64,000 bases of DNA. Origin: Microbotryum violaceum (taxonomy: Eukaryota). This document shows, piece by piece, positions 1 through 12,123 of this stretch. Under the pieces are notes generated by a model. That model ran no database searches, was not told the origin of the DNA, and worked only from the letters and a program-made list of their open reading frames with translations. A program made the position numbers and the translations under genes. The first letter of the stretch is position 1; every line of letters begins with the position of its first letter. The stretch is from assembly GCA_001244265.2 (NCBI GenBank), contig CDLV01000016.1, forward strand, positions 992,001 to 1,056,000. The letters run 5' to 3'.

Positions 1-1215
1 TCTTATTCAAAGACAGAATCTACAGACGGATTCTGAGGTTTCAAATCGGGCGCTCCTGTCCGTCTCGGACAGCCCACGTGCGAGCGGGGTATTTCGGCTA
101 ATCTTGTCGCTATTTTGCCTCATAAATCGCAAACTATGCAGTGGCCAGTTGTATCCCAAGCTGTGACACCCCACAGAACTATACAGGAAACTTTCAGCTC
201 TCAATAGGTTCGGAAATGAGCGAAACATCAGAAAGTTGATGTTCAATGTTCAGCTTCGACCTCAAGAGTTGCGCCGCGCCGCACGAAAAACTGAGATTGA
301 GCGCTCAGCACTCAGCTCGGACCGCGGATTGGCGTAATCTGTTCCTCCGTGCATGGGGAAATTTGTTACACTGTTTTGAGAGTTTGGGACCATACTCATC
401 CGCCCACACACAGGCGGACACATCAATGAGCGGGGAGGCCCGCGGCGGGGGCATGGCTCTCTCCCGTCTCCGTTTTTAGAAGTCACCACTTTGCTTCGTT
501 GCCCGTCCATGTCCTGCATGTTTCTGATGCTTTGTTCAAATTTTTCAAAAGCAAGTCTAGGCGCTTCACCAAAGTCTGGCGGTTCTCCTAACCCGCTAGT
601 AGTGCCGATAGCTGCGCCGGTCGATCGAAAAGCGGTCAAGGTCCGAGCGCGCAGAATCGTCATTACGCGCTACGTCACAAACGCCGGCTGCCAGCGCGGC
701 GATCCGTTTCTCCGCCAGCTCACTGCGCTCCGCTTCAACCTTGGACCGGCCGCAGTATTGGGTGGTTACTTTGCAACATAGGGTGAAATCGTTCAGTCGC
801 TCAAGAGGCATTGGATTTGTCGTGGGGTGGCTTGTAGGTGCCGAAGGTGCGTTGCAACCTCCCAACTCCCCCACTGCTCCACGAAACTAGACTCTCGGTC
901 GTATCGCCAGCTCCCCCGCAGCCTTCACGTCCTGCGGCAGAATACTCCAAAGCCCTCAAATCGACTCGAAACGCGCCTCAGCACTACCTGTGCAACTTCG
1001 TCTCGCGCTAACACGACTGGCGCAGCACTCGATCGGCGCTCTCGGCGGCTCGTGTGGGGGCGGCTTGTGAAACCGGCGCGCCTCGGTTTGACACGCGCTC
1101 GGCGATCCACTCGACATCCGATCGCCCTGCCTTCTTTCCGAGACTGCTCGCTCTCTAGACATCAACCACTCTGACAAGGTACCACAATAGACGGCGCACA
1201 TAGCACTAGACCTAC

Positions 1216-3362
1216 ATGAACGGGTCCAGCAAACCGCTACCCCTGCCTCCGAGTCCGTCGTCGGGTAGCACCTTCGAGTCGAAAGCGGTTCCGGCCTCGA
1301 CCGATGACATCAAGCTCAGCTCCCGAGCCTCCCAGTTCGATGCACACGACTCCCTCCTCGTCTGCATCGCCGCCAAGCTAGCCACGACCTACTGTCTTTC
1401 GCATCGGTATACCCAGAAACTATCCCTTTCGGATGCGACGAACGAAACCAGCTCGCAAGACGACAACGAGGCCGTCACCGGCGGCGGCACTCGTCAGCCC
1501 GAATCGGCCAAGAAGGAGCTCGATTCTGAACAGGTGCGAGCGAACCAGCTCATGCGAGCGACGATCGCGGATGCCACAGGTTGGTTGTTGGACATCACGA
1601 GACAATTCAATATCGATCTTAATGCACTTCCCGATACCCCACCCCAAGAAGAAGATGGGCATGCTCATGAATTGGATCAAGCTTTTCATTCCGCCGACTC
1701 CAAGGCGACCGAAGAGAAGGCGCGTAACGTCGCGTTCGAATTGGTGCTTGTCAGCGTTGGCCTAGGCGAATACGCTCGAGAAGAACTCAAGAATAAAAGC
1801 AAAGCGACCGGATCTTCTTGGTTCTCTTCGTCTTCTTCGAATCGTGAATCATCGGAAGTTCCGGAACCGAACCTCAATTACACCGCGCTGTCAAGGACAC
1901 TCGTTGTCCGGACTTGTCAGCTCCTCGCCATTGGCGAAGACGAAGTCGTCAATGCCGAACGTTTCATCTCGCAAGCGCTTTACTTTGAGCTGCAAGCCAA
2001 GCAACAGGCCAAAGAAAAGGGGAAAGATGGATCCACGATTCCCGGTGGGAGTCAAGAATGGGATCAAGCCGCGCAAACGTACAGGAAGGAGCAAGCGGGG
2101 AGGACCTCGGCGTTGAAATGGGGCGCGACTGCCGCTGGGTTCGTCGCGGGCGGTGCCATCATCGGCCTGACGGGAGGTCAGTGATAGTGCATCTATCTAT
2201 ATAGAAAGCTAGTACTGATGCGTTAAAGAGCCTTTAGGTCTTGCTGCACCCGCGGTGGCTCCTCTACTGGCTGGGACCTTGGGCATTAGCATGTTTGCCG
2301 GCTCAGGAGGCATCATCCTCATTGGAACCTTGCTCGGCTTTGGAGGAGGTAAGTAACCACTTTTGACTAGGCGAGAAGTCGGAGACGAACCGAACTCTGA
2401 TCCACGGTGTGCGTACTCACAGGCGGCCTAGCTGGGTACCGGACGCATCGAAGAATGGAGGGACTTAAAGAAGTGACGTTCGAGCCGATCGCTGAAGCCG
2501 ACGTCCCGGCAATACCTTCTCTGACCGCAACGAGTGAGTAGACATAGTGGATCCTACTCGTATTGACAATCACTGAGCCTGCCGGTCTGGTCAATTTCCT
2601 TTTTTCACAGTTGTTGCGTCAGGATTTTTACTCGATCTGAACGACTCGACTTTTCCTTGGCTTCCGGCCTACCACCGCTCTCCGACCGACACCTACGCGC
2701 TCAAAGTCGACCCTCAAGCTTTCCTCGAAGCGGGACGTAATTACTCTTCCTGGGTCCGGGACAAGCTCGTCACCTTGGGCGGGACCGAATTCATCAAACA
2801 CACCGCACTCGCAGCCGTTTACGCGGGTGTCGCCTTACCGATAAGTATTTACTCCGGTGCGACGATGGTCCTCGATTCGGATTTTACGCGATGTCGCGAA
2901 AAGGCCAAGAAAGCCGGAATCCTACTCGCTGAGATCTTGGAGAAACGAGTTCAAGGTACTCGACCTGTTCGATTGATGGGGTACGGACCTGGCGCAACCT
3001 TATTATTTCGTTGCTTGATCGAACTCCACAAGAGATCCCTAGGAGATCTCGTCTACGATGTCGTCCTCATCGGTCTTCCCGAATCGCCGAATCGCATCTC
3101 TTGGGCAGCAGCACGAAGCGTCGTAGCGCATGAATTGGTTAATGCTTATTCAACGAACGATTGGACACTTGCGATTCACGCGAGGTTGTATACGCTTTCG
3201 AATAGGGTCGGGGGGTTGACGGCCGTGGAGGTGGAGGGCGTGAGGGATGTCGAGGTGAGTGATTTGGTGCAGGGGCATCTGGAAATGAGGGAGAAGGTCG
3301 ATGCGATTCTCAAGAGGGTGAGGGGGATCGAGGAGGTGCGGAAGGAGGGACGACTTGAGTAA
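1216..3362 (+). CDS. DUF726 / TMCO4-Mil1-like alpha/beta-hydrolase-fold membrane protein (4 exons)
   Basis: The ORFs join through GT-AG introns (~2178-2237, ~2349-2422, ~2534-2610). Family motifs: GGAIIGLTGGLAAP, RPVRLMGYGPGA, AARSVVAHELVNAYSTNDW, VQGHL. Confidence 0.85.
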
Positions 3363-3519
3363 AAGTAACCTGTAGTGATAGTGGAGCCGAATCGGTCTAA
3401 TCGGAAGTAGGCAACGAAGTAAGTTACAGGCAGTGAGATTAGCACCCTTCTGGATGACCTCATCGGCAAAGGAAATGGGCGAGCACTACCTCGAAAATGA
3501 GAAAGCGCAGCGAAAAGCT

Positions 3520-5680
3520 TACACTCTTGTTCGGCAGGAATAGCACTTTTAGGACCCTCTCACTTTTAACTAAATGTGGCGCGCGCCGCGGTTAAGGACC
3601 ACTTCTAGCAGCCGAACACCTCACTTTTAGGAATTACTTTTACGGCGCGGACGGCCGGGAACGATCTGACGTCTGACTGGCGAGAGCTCACCGGACGAGT
3701 TCAGGTCACGTGTTTGAACCTGGCCTGTGTTTGTTGTTGAACTGATTCGGCACGACGAGACGCGTGTCTTGCTTGTGCAATGCGCATCGCTGCATAAAGA
3801 CGTCTCGATGTCATGGATACACTTCCCGAGGATCTATCCGACGAGCATATAGAATCTGCCATCGAAGCGGGAATATACATACTGAAAGGCGTCTGCAACA
3901 ACGCCGTCTCCTCGACACAACGGCCAAACGAAGGCGAAAGTCGCCCAAGTTGCCTCAGCATATTCCGGTCCGAACCGGCCTCATCATCGTTATGGAGCTT
4001 TTCAACAGCAATGATAATGCTACTATGAGTAACACTCTTGGCATGACACCGACCTACTTCGCCATCTTCGTGAAACAAGTGCGTCTGCACACCGATATCG
4101 TCCCCTCGAAGCACGTGACCGTCGAGGAGAAACTCGCTATGCTGCTGTACTGGCTGCGGAGCTCCGAGTCTTATCGTAAACTCGAGAAGGTGTTCCAAAG
4201 TTCATTGGATACGATCAGTCGGTCAGTAGTTCCTGCGCTCATGTCCTACTTCATGACAGAACAATTCCGCAGCTCTCCTCCTGCCAACTCCAAGAGCACT
4301 AGTACTCATGCAACTTCCCATTTGCGTCGCACAGTCATTTGCCAGAAACACTTGGATTAATCGTGCACAGCGAGCTCAGAAAACAGTACGTTGTTCAGCC
4401 CGCGGCAGACACGCCCACATCGAGCGTTATCACCGACAAACCTCGGTTTGCACGATACTTCGGCAATTGCATCGGCGCTATCGACGGAACGCTCGGCCCT
4501 TGGTACTCAACGGCCCACGATGCCGAACGATGGATTGATCGAAAAGGAGACAAGACACAAAACATCCTCGCCGCTACGACTTTCGATAATCGCTTCTGCT
4601 ATCTTCAGAGCGGCTGTGAAGGTTCTGCTCACGATCAGCAAGCGTGGGATTGGGCACGCGAACGGGACCTCGTCATCCCCGAAGGCAAATACTATCTTGG
4701 CAATGCAGGCTTTGCAACCAGCGAGGAGTGCATGACACCGTACAGAAACGTTCGGTACCACCTCGAAGAATGGCTAATAGGTAGCCAAAGGTAAGTCCCT
4801 GTTGTAGGTCATCTTTTGTACCTTGTACACTCGCGATGCCAATCGTCCGACCATGGTGAAAGGTAGTACGGGAGCGTGCTGCAAGGGTCCCGCGCTGACA
4901 ATCCGTGCCCCAATGTCCTCACCGCAGTCCCCAGAATCCACAAGAGCTTTTCAACTTGCGTCATGCTTCTCTGAGGAACGCGGTGGAACGTATCATCGCG
5001 GTCACTCGGCGCCAGTTCGCTGTGCTCGTGGGCCATCCTCGAGAGCTACCGGCAGAACACCAAGCGAGGATCCCGCATGCTTGCGCGCTGTTACACAACT
5101 TCATCCAAATCAACGACTCGATCAACGCACGAACAGGTGAACCTCGCTCGGTGTCCACAGAAGAAGAAGAACAGCAACTCTTAAGGGAGATTGCTGCGGC
5201 GACGGACCTCAACGATTCCGAGAACGAGTATCATCCCGACAGTGACCGAGAGCAACAGCGTCGAGCCCACGTTTCCACTTCCGCCAGCAAACGTCGGATG
5301 GAAGATCTCAGAGACAACATCGCCGAGCGGATGTGGGCGGATTACCAGACTTACGAAGTGGAGGCCCGCCGACTGGCTGCACACGCGCCAGATGAGCAAT
5401 CGATACGGAGAGCAGAACTCAGGGAGCTCTTGCTATGGACCAGAGATTTGATTCGGCTTGTTCCTCACATTCAGGGTGTTTACAACGATGACTACTACAA
5501 ATTGAACATTCAAATACATCTGAACAATCAAATACATCTGATGGAGCAAGTGAAGTGGAGCTCGCCACCGTTGATGCAATGTTGTTGCCAGACGTGGACT
5601 AAAATGAGAGACGGGTCCTTAGGTTAGCGACGCAACCGAAAACCCCGCTTTAGGGACCCTTTAAGCACTTTTAGGGAGGC
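3520..5680 (+). mobile_element. PIF/Harbinger DNA transposon with a decayed, intron-containing DDE_Tnp_4 transposase
   Basis: HTH region VTVEEKLAMLLY..SYRKLEKVFQSSLDTISR, then CIGAIDGT, GCEGSAHD, YYLGNAGF, TPYRNVRYHL, ELFNLRHASLRNAVERI, LHNFI. Introns ~4222-4334 and ~4791-4928. Repeated CACTTTTAG/AGGACCC motifs occur at both ends. TIRs are degenerate, so the boundaries are approximate. Confidence 0.82.
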
Positions 5681-6059
5681 CTTCAGAATGACTGAGGATT
5701 TTCATTAAAACCCGGTCTTGAAAGTGCCGCAGATCGCACACTTAGTCAAGGTCTACATGAGAGAGTCACCAAAAAAAATCAAGTCACCCCGAAGAGGGGG
5801 AGAGGGAAAGGAGAAAGATTTGGACTAAGAGCGTTGGCGTGCATCAACAACGGCAATTTTAAGTAAAAGGCGTAAGATTGATTCTGTGGTCGATACACCG
5901 CTCAGTGCCTGGATTCACTGTGGATCTAACAATGCGAAGCGGGGAGGCAGCGACGTCAATAGCGCGCTTGTGGTGGCAAGCCTAGGAAGCGGTGGTCTGA
6001 CGCGTCGGCGCGCGTGGTGCGATGTCTTTCTTTGGCCATCGTCGTCGCTTGAACGGATC

Positions 6060-6866
6060 ATGCCCGACATGAAGATACCTGTAAGCCTTTCCTACTGCTC
6101 TGTACACACTACGACGCTGAATGTGAACTTCCGGCGTTGTGTTATCCCCGCAGGTCCCCTTGACGCTGATCGTCGCCGCGACCTCGTCCCACGCGATCGG
6201 ACGTTCAAGTAGTCTTCCCTGGCGACTGCCCAAAGAAATGGCCTACTTTGCCCGTGTCACAAAAGGCGAAACACAAACCAGCGAAGACCTGAACTCTGCG
6301 ACGTCCGAGAAGGACAAGAATGTGGTGATCATGGGGAGGAAGAGTTGGGAAGGGATCCCGGATAGGTTCAGGCCTTTACAAGGGAGGGTCAACGTCGTTG
6401 TTAGCCGGCAGGCGGATTATAATGTGTGAGTGTTCAAATGGTCTATCTAAGGCAGGAAAAATACTGAAGCCCGTGTTCCGACCTCGCAAGCGCCACCTTG
6501 GCTGACACTCACCTCGCCAATTCTCTCGAATCGTGCATCACCCACCTCCAATCCCTACCCACTCCCATAAATCGCGTGTTCCTCATCGGAGGAGCCCAAC
6601 TCTACACCTTAGGCCTCACCAACCCTTCCAAACTCTACCTCACCAATCGCATCCTCCTCACGCGCATCAAGACCGACTTTGAAAATTGTGATGCTTTCTT
6701 CCCCGACTTTGTGAAAGATCAGCCGGGGGAATGGCGTCGAGCGAGTCATGAGGAGCTTTGTGAATGGGTTGGGTTTGAAGTACCGCGTGGCGATCAGAAG
6801 GAGAAGGATCGGACGGGGGGTGAGATGGTCGAGTACGAGTTTCAGATGTGGATCAGGAAGGACTAG
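6060..6866 (+). CDS. DFR1: Dihydrofolate reductase (3 exons)
   Basis: LIVAA..IG...LPWRLPKEMAYF, VIMGRKSWEGIP..RPLQGRVNVVVS, FLIGGAQLY, CDAFFP. Introns 6081-6153 and 6426-6490. Confidence 0.95.
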
Positions 6867-6998
6867 TGATTCTGTGCCCTCTGTAGCAGTGACCTTTTGG
6901 AATCGTGACGTATGTAAACATGAGCTTGCAGGTATACATCAGGTATTTAGGACTACAAGACAATGCTCGGCGGAGGTTGATTGTGAAACCCCTTTGCA

Positions 6999-9324
6999 CT
7001 ATCGCTTCGTGTCCGGTGCTTCTGCAAACTCCCCAAACTCATCATCGAACGGACTCTTCCCCACTGGCCCCTCCCGATCCAATTCATCAACCTCATCGTC
7101 GCCCTCATCGCCCAACTTTTGCGCCCCTCTCCTCCTCTCCTTCCTCGACATCTCCCCCTCCCCACCCTGCACTACCACCTGCACCACCTCCTGCGGTGCA
7201 TCCTCTACCTTGCCACCAAACACCTTTCCCAAATTACCCTGCCTCTTCCCTCCATCCAAAGCAGGACCATCAGTCTGTTGCAAAGTATGAATAATCACAT
7301 CCTTGATCTTATGCGCTCCCTCCGATGTCGAACCAACCCTCTTCGTTCTTCCTTCACTACTTTGTCGAGCCTTCATTTCCATTTCGGGAGCGGAAGCGTC
7401 ATTCGAAGTTGGGAGTTCGGGTTCGGATTGACTTCGCGATCGATGAGAGGGTTCCAGTTTCTTGAGGGAGAGGAAAACGACGCCGATGATGAGGACTAGG
7501 ATCGAGAGCCAGATGAGGATGAAGACCCAAGTTTTGTACGAATCCAATTGGTCGAGGTAGACGAGGTTGTTGAGGAAACCGCACGTCGTGTACGTGGCGA
7601 AGAGGACTGGTGGGGAGGCAAGATCGTCAGCTTCAGGCGAAGGGGGATATAGATTCTGTCAGATGCTTACCTGGTACGGATAATGTCGAGTCACAGCACT
7701 TGAGCGCCTTGTTCAAGCAGTCTATAAGTCGAAAGGGAGCAAAATTGTCAGCTAAAGCTCTAAAGCACTCACGAGAACCGCGCTCGACTCACAAACTTGC
7801 GACACGGCCGAAACGACCAACAGGGCAAGGATGACATAGGTCAACACGGAAGTGAACGGATTCGGCTCCCCATTTCCACCCTTGTGCGTCCACCCAATCG
7901 TCATCAACTTGACCCCACTCTTGGCAAAGACCAAACTCTGACCAGCCAAAACACCAGCGGTGACGGACCAACTGAACCCCGCCGCTCGACGTATCACGGA
8001 TTCGGGTTTGGCTTGCGACCACCTTTCCAATTGACGCTTGAGGAAACGACGAGCGAATCCGTGCGATTTCGTTGTCGAGTCCTTGAAGCGGGCCCAGGCG
8101 GTTGGAGGGATCGAGACGCGCCTCCCTCCACCTGAACCGACCATATCCTCGATCGCGGAATCAACGTTCATCCCCGCTTCGCCACGATCGTCAACGATGC
8201 GGGCCATGCACACCTCGTGCGCGATCGTCGAGAACCAGAATAAGGTCACGGTCGCGACTTCGAGAAAGATGAGGTAGACGATCCATTCGTAACGTGACCA
8301 AATGCCCTTGAGCACGGAGAGGTTCAAGTTCGACTCCTTGTCGAACGTTCCGGCAGGCAGTTGACGGTTGTTGCCAAATACGACGACGCCGACGACGCCG
8401 AGAATGACGACGATCGTTCCGAGGATATCGAGTCGAGTCACGGGAGTGCCAACGAGGAGGTAGGCGCTTTAGACGGGAAAGAGAAATATTGTCAGTCATC
8501 GCTCGGCCCTTGCGCGGATCGAAGATCGATACACTCACAATACAAAGTTGAAGACCAAGCTCAAGGACCCCAAGGGTGCGACATATTCGGCCCTGAGGTA
8601 GTTTAACGCCAATGTAGAGCCGACGACTTGGGAAATGATGTAGAGACCCAAGCCGAGGACCCAGAACGGACGTTGCCAGTCGGGTTTCCGAGCCGATGCG
8701 GGCAGGGCTTCTTGGCGCGTAAAATCGAGCTTGGTGACATTCAATCCGAGTGCGTTCAGGACCGAGGCTGTTGGAGAGGAGATGCAGGGTCAGCCTACCG
8801 GGGATCAGAAAGTGACGAGACCTTCAAGGCAATAACTGACCTCCAAGAGTGATGAGTAGTCCAATGACGAAATCGATCGCACTGAATTTATAGCAGAGGA
8901 AGTCAGTCTCGGTTGTCACGGCTGAGCTCCGGAGAGTGAGTTGACCGTCGAGTCGTTTGCCGAGTCGGTCTGTTCAGGCCGAGCGTTAGCCATCGGCCGT
9001 CGCCAGCCTGTCTCGGCCTCGGCGAACGCGAGCGCGCCCGAGCTCTGCGCCACCTTCGGCCTTGACAGACGACGATCAAGTCAGGCAGGCTTATGGTCAC
9101 ATCGTGGATGCTAACACCCTCCAGCGTGTCCATGCTTATCTGCTTTTCATCTCCGTCGAATACGGGCCATGCCTCGCGCGGATGTGTTCGTGCCAAGCCA
9201 GGCCCTTCAGCTTGCGATCCAATGACCGGCACCGGCGCTCGACCCAGCCACGGCTAGCAGCTACGATCCCCGGCGCAACTCACCTGTAGGTGTGGTACTC
9301 ATACAAGTCCGTCTGGGACTGCAT
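6999..9324 (-). CDS. NIPA/DUF803-family magnesium transporter-like membrane protein (multi-exon)
   Basis: The spliced product reads MQSQTDLYEYHTYS|AIDFVIGLLITLG|ASVLNALGLNVTKLD..DWQRPFWVLGLGLYIISQVVGSTLAL..APLGSLSLVFN..LNKALK..DST. Several TM helices. The first exon (9284-9324) is inferred from phase fit. Confidence 0.8.
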
Positions 9325-10810
9325 ACTGTACTTGGGAAACGATCCGTGCAGCAACGTAGGGGGCGCTAATGCGGGTTGAGTCGAGGTCGAGTTGAAGGTG
9401 CAAGTCGGACGGAGGTCAGGTAGAGAGATGGCGCGCACGCCGTGTCTCATCGCATCGATCGGTCCACAGGCGCTCCCAGACACGATTGTCGCTCGTCCGA
9501 GTTGAGCGCGTCTCGTGTGGGCCAAGCAGTGATACGACGAGCAGTCTCAGACTGAACGACATTTGTGCCGATCTCTATTGATGAGCCTGAATGGTGAATA
9601 TATAATAAGTGGCTTTGATTTGGGCTTGGTGGCAGAACCCTTTCCAACACGGCCCCGCGAACTTGAAACCGGTGACCATCGTACCAGCGCAGATTGCGCC
9701 GCCGAGGCCGAGGGGGGAAACAGGGGGTGGGAGAGCTCGGCCCCCAAGCGAGTTTGTGGGCGATCCCGAGATCCCGTGTTTCACATTTACGAAGGCGCTT
9801 CCGCGATTGACCGGGCGCGCGTCGTTCCTCAGTGACTACCGACAGCGGATTTGAGCGGTGAAAGAGCCAACTTCAAGATGGCATAAGTCATAGTAAAAGG
9901 AGCCCACGATGTTACCGTCGCGTGGAGGACAAAGTGGTTTTTTTTGCCACTGCCTCTTGAGCTGCGTCGACGTTGTCCTAAATGTGGTTGCGCGCAGTAA
10001 AAGGCACCATGGAAAACCAGCCAGGTCGGGAACGAATCATCGACTTGCTCGAAAGGAGTGTTGCCACGGCACACGCAAAGGCGGTCCAAGGCCGATTTCC
10101 ATCATTAGGGTTGAAGGGGGTAACGACATCGATGAATGCCGCACGTGAATTCGTGAATTCGTGATAAGTGAGGGAGAACAGAGAGCTTGTCCAAAGCCGA
10201 CCGAGCCCGGCGAAGAAGTATCTGTATGAAAAGCACGAGATCGCTCTCGAGCCTCACTGGTTCCGAGTCCAAACTTAAGAGACCAAACGGTGTAATTCGT
10301 GTTGGAAGGGACTGCCCGAGCAGTAATGGCTAGAAGCGTCTTTGGGGTTTTGGGTATTTTAAGCCATTTTGGCCAGGGAGGCGCAGACTGCGTCAGCGGC
10401 GGTGCGGAGTCCTCTTGATTGGTTCCTCACCAATCATTGACTCTGCTATCGACCGTTGACTAAAGTTCGTGTTCTCGTCTCCCTTGACCAAAGATCGCGA
10501 AGCGCCAAATTTAACTATTCGCAGGTGAAGAAAGACTACTAAAAGGACTAAGGTCAACTTGAAGAGGCGCTGCGGCGCCGCGCGCGAGGTCAAGCTTGAG
10601 GCCGCTAAGGATGGCTCGAGGTCGTCGTGAGGCGTAAGCGTAGCGGTGCAATAATTACACTTTATCCTTTACCAACATGACTGGAGGGGAGGGCGGGAGT
10701 GAATACTTAGAAAAATGCCTGTAAGGAGGAAGCGGTTACTTTTTTAAGAGAACCGACCGCTTTATAGCTACCATCTTTGTAAGAGAAGGCGACCACTTTA
10801 TGAGACGGAC

Positions 10811-10910
10811 GCGGCCGTACGAAGGGTGTATAAAGTCAAATGCGGCCGTATGATAGTTGTAAAGTTGAACGCGGCCGTATGATAGGCGTAAACTTGTTGA
10901 ATGCGGCCGT
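10811..10910. repeat. Four ~30-bp degenerate tandem units starting GCGGCCGT
   Basis: Units start at 10811, 10842, 10871 and 10903. Confidence 0.85.
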
Positions 10911-10911
10911 T

Positions 10912-12092
10912 CCAAGGCCGAAGCGCGTGCGAGCGACTCAAGACTGCCCGCTGAGGCAGTGAATGAGGAGATAGATCACTTTCAGAATCTTTTCTCCCTC
11001 CTCGTTGCGGAGGTTGAAGTCGAGACGCAGTTTGGCATTCGCTTTGAGGGCGGTGTTGTCGTCGGTGTTTGCCTACTTCTCGGCGTTGGACTCTTCCCGC
11101 GTCCAGAGAAAGGCATCCTTGACGTTGTAAGGTCATCAAAGAGGCCTGAATTTGAAGCGAGCCTCGTTACCGATCGACGCTCCTTTGCCCACCAGCCGCC
11201 ACAGTCGCACCCGCTTTGTCCCGGCCATGAGCGAGCAAGAAGGTGTCTTCGGTCTTGACGGACGTTGGGATGAATATGATCCGCTCGGCCACCGAATCCG
11301 AGCTGCTACACTATCACTTCTACGCCGCCAAGCTCAGTGAGCTCTATGCGCTTCAAAAAAAAGTACACCGATGTCCTCACGACGACGAGCGAGGTCACGT
11401 CGACGTCGACGTCGTCTGATCACGTCCCCGAGCGCCCAACAAGGTTCTAAAGCAAGTCCGTTGCTCGTCTCTGGCTACCGGCCAAGGCCGAATCGCGTGC
11501 GCCTTCCCCCGTCCAGAGAACGGCATCCTTGACGCCGGGAGGTCTTTGGCGAGGTCTGAACGATAAGAGTTCGAACATGGTTGGGAGTTCGGGGACGTGA
11601 CTCGATCGCTCTCGTCCACAGACGACGTCGACGTCGACGTAGCCTCGCTCGTCGTCGTGAGGAGGAGATCGGTGTACTTTTTCCGAAGCGTGTAGAGCTC
11701 ACTGAGCTTGGCGGCGTACAAGTGTTTGAGTACTGCAGCTGGGATTCAGTGGCCTAGGGAACTATAATCATCCTAATGTTCCCCACGTCGTCCAACTCAC
11801 GACCGAGGTTACCGTCTTGCTTGCTCGTGTTCGGGACAAAGTGGGCGCGACGGTGGCGGCTGGTGGAGAAAGGAGCGTCGGTCGATCACGACGTCAAGGA
11901 TGCCGTTCTCTGGACGCGGGAAGAGGCCAACGCCGAGAAGTAGGCGAGCATTGACGACAACATCGCCCTCAAAGCGAATCCCGAACTGCGTCTCGACTTC
12001 ATCCTCCGCAACGAGAGGGGAGAAAGGAAAGTGATCCGTCTCCTCATTCACCGCCTCAGCGGGTAGTCGCTCGCACGCACTTCGGCCTCGGC
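10912..12092. repeat. Large imperfect inverted duplication (arms ~10915-11440 and ~11580-12090)
   Basis: TACGCCGCCAAGCTCAGTGAGCTCTA (~11321) matches its reverse complement at ~11693-11718. The ORF translations 10959+ and 11809- are near-identical (EVETQFGIRFEG..LLLGVGLFPRPE). Confidence 0.92.
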
Positions 12093-12123
12093 CGGTTGTC
12101 AAAGGCGGGGCGCTGGCGGTGTC

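Noticed and set aside
14..243. Three 7-bp hairpins and a 13-bp match (TGTCCGTCTCGGA) to ~12277
   Set aside because: Short enough to be chance, and truncated by the window edge.
6000..6015. MCB-like ACGCGT in the DHFR promoter
   Set aside because: CGCG words are abundant throughout this CpG-rich sequence, so this is not distinguishable from background.
10811..10910. CRISPR-like appearance of the GCGGCCGT array (also 48424-48473 and 13160-13432)
   Set aside because: The spacers are similar to each other, the repeats are too short, the context is eukaryotic and there are no cas genes. These are simple degenerate tandem repeats.
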